Program-made: the position numbers and the translations under genes | Assembly: GCA_048940925.1 (NCBI GenBank) | Contig: JBHLOC010000002.1 | Location: forward strand, 160,001-224,000 | Direction: 5' to 3' | Source of the DNA: Promethearchaeota archaeon | Lineage (GTDB): Archaea > Asgardarchaeota > Lokiarchaeia > Sigyniarchaeales > SOKP01 | Length of the DNA: 64,000 nt | Shown here: positions 60,661-64,000 of the stretch, piece after piece | Numbering within the stretch: position 1 is the first letter of the stretch | Layout: each line of letters starts with the position of its first letter | Notes under the pieces: model-generated | What the model was told of the DNA's origin: nothing | Database searches by the model: none | Seen by the model: only the letters and a program-made list of their open reading frames with translations

Positions 60661-62001
60661 TTATAGTTCTGCTATTGCTTTTTGTTTTGCTAGCTTTTCC
60701 TCTTCAGTAAGCTCAATTTCCCCTCTTCGTACAAAAAACATAAATATGAAAGCTAAAATTAAGAATATGGCACCATCAAGAAGTAACGATGTTTTTCCAA
60801 AAAGATCTCTTAGTCCACCTACAGAAATAGGTCCAAGAATCATTGCTAAGACACTAAAAAAGTAATAAAGCCCTGTATATGTTCCAATTTTCTTTGTACT
60901 AGGTGCTAGTTCCCAAACTACCACAATAGTATTTACATTTACTAAAGCAAAACCTATTCCATATAACACCAAAATAATAGTTGTAACCAATAATGTTTGA
61001 ATAGCAAATCCTATTAATAATGCTATAAACATAACTGCTAAACCTATCTTTATACATTTTCTTCTGCCAATTTTTGATGCTAATAGTGATAACGGGAAAG
61101 CTGCTATAATAAATGGCACTGCAACAAAATTAAATAAAAAACCAGCAAAGCCAGCACTTACATTAAGTACTCCATTAGGGCCAGATCCAGCATAAATTGA
61201 AAATAAAGCTTCCAATCCATTATGGGTTAAAAATAATGCAAAAATAGTTAATAATATAAATAGAGTACTTTTATCTTCTTCTTTCATAATATCTCTAACA
61301 CTACTTATTAGACCAAGTTTTTCTTTCTTTGTTTCGCTTTCAATTCCTTTTGTTTCTGTTTTTAATAGTAGAATGTAACTATAGGCTTCATTTTCATCTA
61401 CTTTTAAAAAAAGTACTATTAAAGCAAGAATCATAATAATTGAAGCTATAATAAACGTAAACTGCAATCCAATATAATCCGACACTAAACTCATTGTATA
61501 AGCCACTATGGAACCAATTCCCCCCATTATATTTATTATAGCATTCGCTTTGCTTCTATGAACTGGTCTAATAAAATCAGGCATTAGTGATACAGCTTGA
61601 GATCGATAGAAACCCATACTTACGCTAAATAAGAACATCCATAAAATGAGAATAACTAAAGATGTACCAAATCCTGTGGGGATAAGAGCAAAGAATATTG
61701 CAGATGATATCACCCCCACTATAATGTACGGCATTCGACGACCATATCTCGTCCTTGTTTTATCAGATACAGATCCCATTATTGGTTGAATAATTACACC
61801 AACAATATTATCAATTGTCATTAAAGCGCCCACTATCAAACCTGCTATAGCAATTCCCGTAAAGTAAAGATCTAATTGTTGGTTGACTTGAGTATTATAT
61901 AGACTCCATGAGATTCCTGTTGTGAAAAAAGCTAATCCTATAAAGAAGGTTTTTTTTATATCAAGTTTTTCCTCAATTTCTCTTTCAGACATTTTTTTCA
62001 C
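60661..62001 (-). CDS. MFS sugar transporter (maltose/sucrose-type)
   Basis: QPIMGSVSDKTRTRYGRRMPY, LMPD, GTYTGLYY. Confidence 0.88.
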   Translation of the reverse strand: MKKMSEREIEEKLDIKKTFFIGLAFFTTGISWSLYNTQVNQQLDLYFTGIAIAGLIVGALMTIDNIVGVIIQPIMGSVSDKTRTRYGRRMPYIIVGVISSAIFFALIPTGFGTSLVILILWMFLFSVSMGFYRSQAVSLMPDFIRPVHRSKANAIINIMGGIGSIVAYTMSLVSDYIGLQFTFIIASIIMILALIVLFLKVDENEAYSYILLLKTETKGIESETKKEKLGLISSVRDIMKEEDKSTLFILLTIFALFLTHNGLEALFSIYAGSGPNGVLNVSAGFAGFLFNFVAVPFIIAAFPLSLLASKIGRRKCIKIGLAVMFIALLIGFAIQTLLVTTIILVLYGIGFALVNVNTIVVVWELAPSTKKIGTYTGLYYFFSVLAMILGPISVGGLRDLFGKTSLLLDGAIFLILAFIFMFFVRRGEIELTEEEKLAKQKAIAEL

Positions 62002-62147
62002 ATAAAAAGCAATTTTCTTTTAAGATTAAATTGAAATTTTAAAAATTATTTAGATGTTTTTATTTAAATAGATTTAGATGATAAAAAAATTAACGATGCA
62101 AATCGTAGAAATCTTCTTTTTGAAAAACTTAATAAATAGAAAAAAAA

Positions 62148-62339
62148 TTATAGATTAATTTCGATTTTTATAGTCTTAATGTTTTCAGGTACTTTTTTAG
62201 TAGAATTCAAATAACCTAAAATAATGTTCGCAAGCATCTCCTGCATAAAATCTTTTAATGGGATTTTTTGTTCGTTAACAATTAAAGTTGCATCAACCAT
62301 ATTTAACTCTAAATCGCTTAATTTTTTAAAATTTTTCAT
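62148..62339 (-). CDS. Small protein resembling a stand-alone archaeal MobB C-terminal domain
   Basis: LIVNEQKIPLKDFMQEMLANIILG pattern; true start probably the second Met. Confidence 0.5.
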   Translation of the reverse strand: MKNFKKLSDLELNMVDATLIVNEQKIPLKDFMQEMLANIILGYLNSTKKVPENIKTIKIEINL

Positions 62340-62451
62340 AATAATTTGAAAATAACTAACTAAAAAGCAAATAATAATAAAGAAAGAGTATCAATCTATA
62401 ATCAATTTTTATTTACCATTTAAAATTTCATATAAAGAGTTGATTAATTCA

Positions 62452-62904
62452 ATGCCAAATGAATTTTTACTCTCTAATTCAGAGAATGAATTTTTAACCA
62501 AATCTCGCGTAGCTAGGATTGCAACAATAGACGCTGCTAGTAATTTTCCGCATATAATACCAATCTGCTATAGTTTTGATGGCAACAATTTTTTTACATC
62601 ACTACGTAATACTAGTAAGCGCTTGCAAAATATTAATAAAGGAAGTAAAGTTTCATTGTTATTTGATGAATATGTTGAGAATAATGGAAAATGGATAACA
62701 CTTCGAGGAATTCTTATCAACGTGACAATTTCTATTCTAAATTACCACGATCATTCAGAACAATTCAAGCAAGGATGGAAACAACTAATTGAAAAATATC
62801 ATCAATATAAAACATGGGCACAAGAAGATTTAAGTCCAACAGATTCAAATACACGACGTATTATGAAAATGACTCCAATCCATAAAATATCATGGGGATT
62901 TTAA
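62452..62904 (+). CDS. Pyridoxamine 5'-phosphate oxidase-like (split beta-barrel, FMN/F420-binding) protein
   Basis: RVARIATID...PHIIPICY, KRLQNI...VSLLFDEY, L.EKY.QY, ISWG. Confidence 0.8.
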   Translation: MPNEFLLSNSENEFLTKSRVARIATIDAASNFPHIIPICYSFDGNNFFTSLRNTSKRLQNINKGSKVSLLFDEYVENNGKWITLRGILINVTISILNYHDHSEQFKQGWKQLIEKYHQYKTWAQEDLSPTDSNTRRIMKMTPIHKISWGF

Positions 62905-62948
62905 AAAAAAAGAAATAAAAAACATACTTTGAAAAAAATTAAAGATAA

Positions 62949-63017
62949 AACCAAAACCCTTGCAGGGGTTGTCCTTTTACAACTATCTTTTCTTTGTAAA
63001 AATCATTCAATTTGGTT
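62949..63017 (-). promoter_or_regulatory. SECIS-like k-turn hairpin in a 3' UTR
   Basis: Minus strand UUG-A-AUGA-UUUUUACAA-(AGAAAAGAUAG)-UUGUAAAAG-GA-CAA, with outer AACCAAA/UUUGGUU pairing. Confidence 0.4.
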
Positions 63018-63122
63018 ATAATCGATTTATGTAACCTTTATGGTACTTATTATAAAATTTAAATTCTCGAACAAGCACCCTTCTTTTTGTGATAAAGAAC
63101 CAAATATCATACAAGGTGAAGA

Positions 63123-63263
63123 TCATGAGGTTCCTCCCTCGAAACTCAACATTGTTATTACTATTGCTACTATGAATGTCACGATGATTGCTCCAACTAA
63201 AATCCACATGATAATTCTTTTAATTTTTCTTCTTTTCAAGTGTTTTATCTCAGAATCACTCAT
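63123..63263 (-). CDS. 46-aa single-pass membrane protein ending at TGA (78 aa to 63027 if UGA is recoded)
   Basis: MSDSEIKHLKRRKIKR-IIMWILVGAIIVTFIVAIVITML-SFEGGTS*; positive-inside TM topology. Confidence 0.65.
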   Translation of the reverse strand: MSDSEIKHLKRRKIKRIIMWILVGAIIVTFIVAIVITMLSFEGGTS

Positions 63264-63322
63264 TGTAACTAACGAGAATTAAAAATCAAATAAAAAAGAT
63301 TTCTATTCTTCTAAACACTTTG

Positions 63323-63742
63323 TTAATTTTTGATATTTAATAATAAAAAGGCATATATATCAGTTATTAAGAGAAAACCACCAATAATTATAAAAGAGTA
63401 GATAATAAAGAACGTAAGATTTTGGTGAATTATATAAATGCCAATCACACCCCCTAAAAAGAAAAACACCATGTCCGTAGCTACATTTATTTTACTATCT
63501 CTTCTATGTCTATATTTAATTTTGAATTTGTAAAGAAGAAAATTTTCTAGAACTTCCCAACTAATTGAAGCAATTACATTTAGCAATAAAAGTAAATAAT
63601 CAAAAGATATTTTAAGACTTATATTTAAAATAGTATAATTAGTTAATAGGATCAAATACCCAAGAACTATATGAGTAAAACTAAAGAAATCAATGGCAGA
63701 AATTCCTACTTCTTCTTTATTTTTTGCTATTATTAACATCAT
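63323..63742 (-). CDS. Membrane protein with H..G / WE..EN / D motif (DUF2585-like)
   Basis: DFFSFTHIVLG, WEVLEN, DSKIN...D. Confidence 0.65.
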   Translation of the reverse strand: MMLIIAKNKEEVGISAIDFFSFTHIVLGYLILLTNYTILNISLKISFDYLLLLLNVIASISWEVLENFLLYKFKIKYRHRRDSKINVATDMVFFFLGGVIGIYIIHQNLTFFIIYSFIIIGGFLLITDIYAFLLLNIKN

Positions 63743-63763
63743 GTTGAATCTCTATAATCATAA

Positions 63764-64000
63764 TTAATGATTTAGCTTAGCAGTAATTAGACCTAAACAT
63801 ATTATGAAAAAGCTAAAGAGAAATCCTAGCCCCAGACAAAATCCAAAATTTTGATAAAAATAGGATATGAAATTTGTACCATCAGATGCTCTAGCTATTG
63901 TTCCCCCTGCTAAGGTAATAATTATTAAACATAAAAATGTTAATATAGTAATAGTAATAAACCAAGCTAAAACAGATCTCTTATATTTTATAATAGGTGA
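63764..64000 (-). CDS. Membrane protein C-terminus (5' end outside window)
   Basis: Open frame from 64000: ..RSVLAWFITITILTFLCLIII..FGFCLGLGFLFSFFIICLGLITAKLNH*. Confidence 0.6.
   Translation of the reverse strand, partial: SPIIKYKRSVLAWFITITILTFLCLIIITLAGGTIARASDGTNFISYFYQNFGFCLGLGFLFSFFIICLGLITAKLNH

Noticed and set aside
63016-63282. Track ORFs 63040..63282 (+) and 63016..63207 (-)
   Set aside because: Shadows of the minus-strand TM ORF 63263-63123, which has a clear positive-inside TM pattern.
1-64000. tRNA, rRNA, IS elements, integrases
   Set aside because: No GC-rich structured RNA tract, cloverleaf or transposase/integrase motif was seen by eye; tRNAscan-SE and Infernal would be needed to exclude them formally.

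Overview
AT-rich archaeal DNA. It is most likely an Asgard archaeon of the Lokiarchaeia (Promethearchaeia), inferred from IPGY-TM-basic 'Loki-CTERM' anchors, longin-like proteins, 7TM-plus-cytosolic-domain paralogues and a tandem HdrA locus. Genes in order: hdrA-hdrD-like-hdrA-mvhD; enoyl-CoA hydratase, Zn dehydrogenase, sulfatase, HD protein; MFS; longin-like protein plus GNAT; two micro-ORFs; tyrosine phenol-lyase-like enzyme; two 7TM proteins; HMGS-like/DUF35 plus thiolase; Zn/Mn ABC transporter with DtxR regulator; second thiolase; mscL; a MoxR/vWA pair split by a surface-protein insert; PAS histidine kinase; trehalose-type ABC transporter divergent from treT; acyl-CoA ligase; a coupled three-gene operon; a degenerate fwdBDA cluster; mrp; small membrane proteins. 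I saw no rRNA, tRNA, CRISPR array or transposase. Main observations: (1) an operon of a receptor-like membrane GNAT, a SelO-like kinase-fold enzyme and a coiled-coil protein; (2) recurrent ATA/ATT/CTG starts, mostly 5-7 nt after an AGGTGA-type Shine-Dalgarno; (3) a small membrane ORF with an in-frame UGA followed by a k-turn SECIS-like hairpin; (4) an Fwd-like complex lacking several catalytic residues. All family assignments come from motif recognition by eye; no database searches were run.
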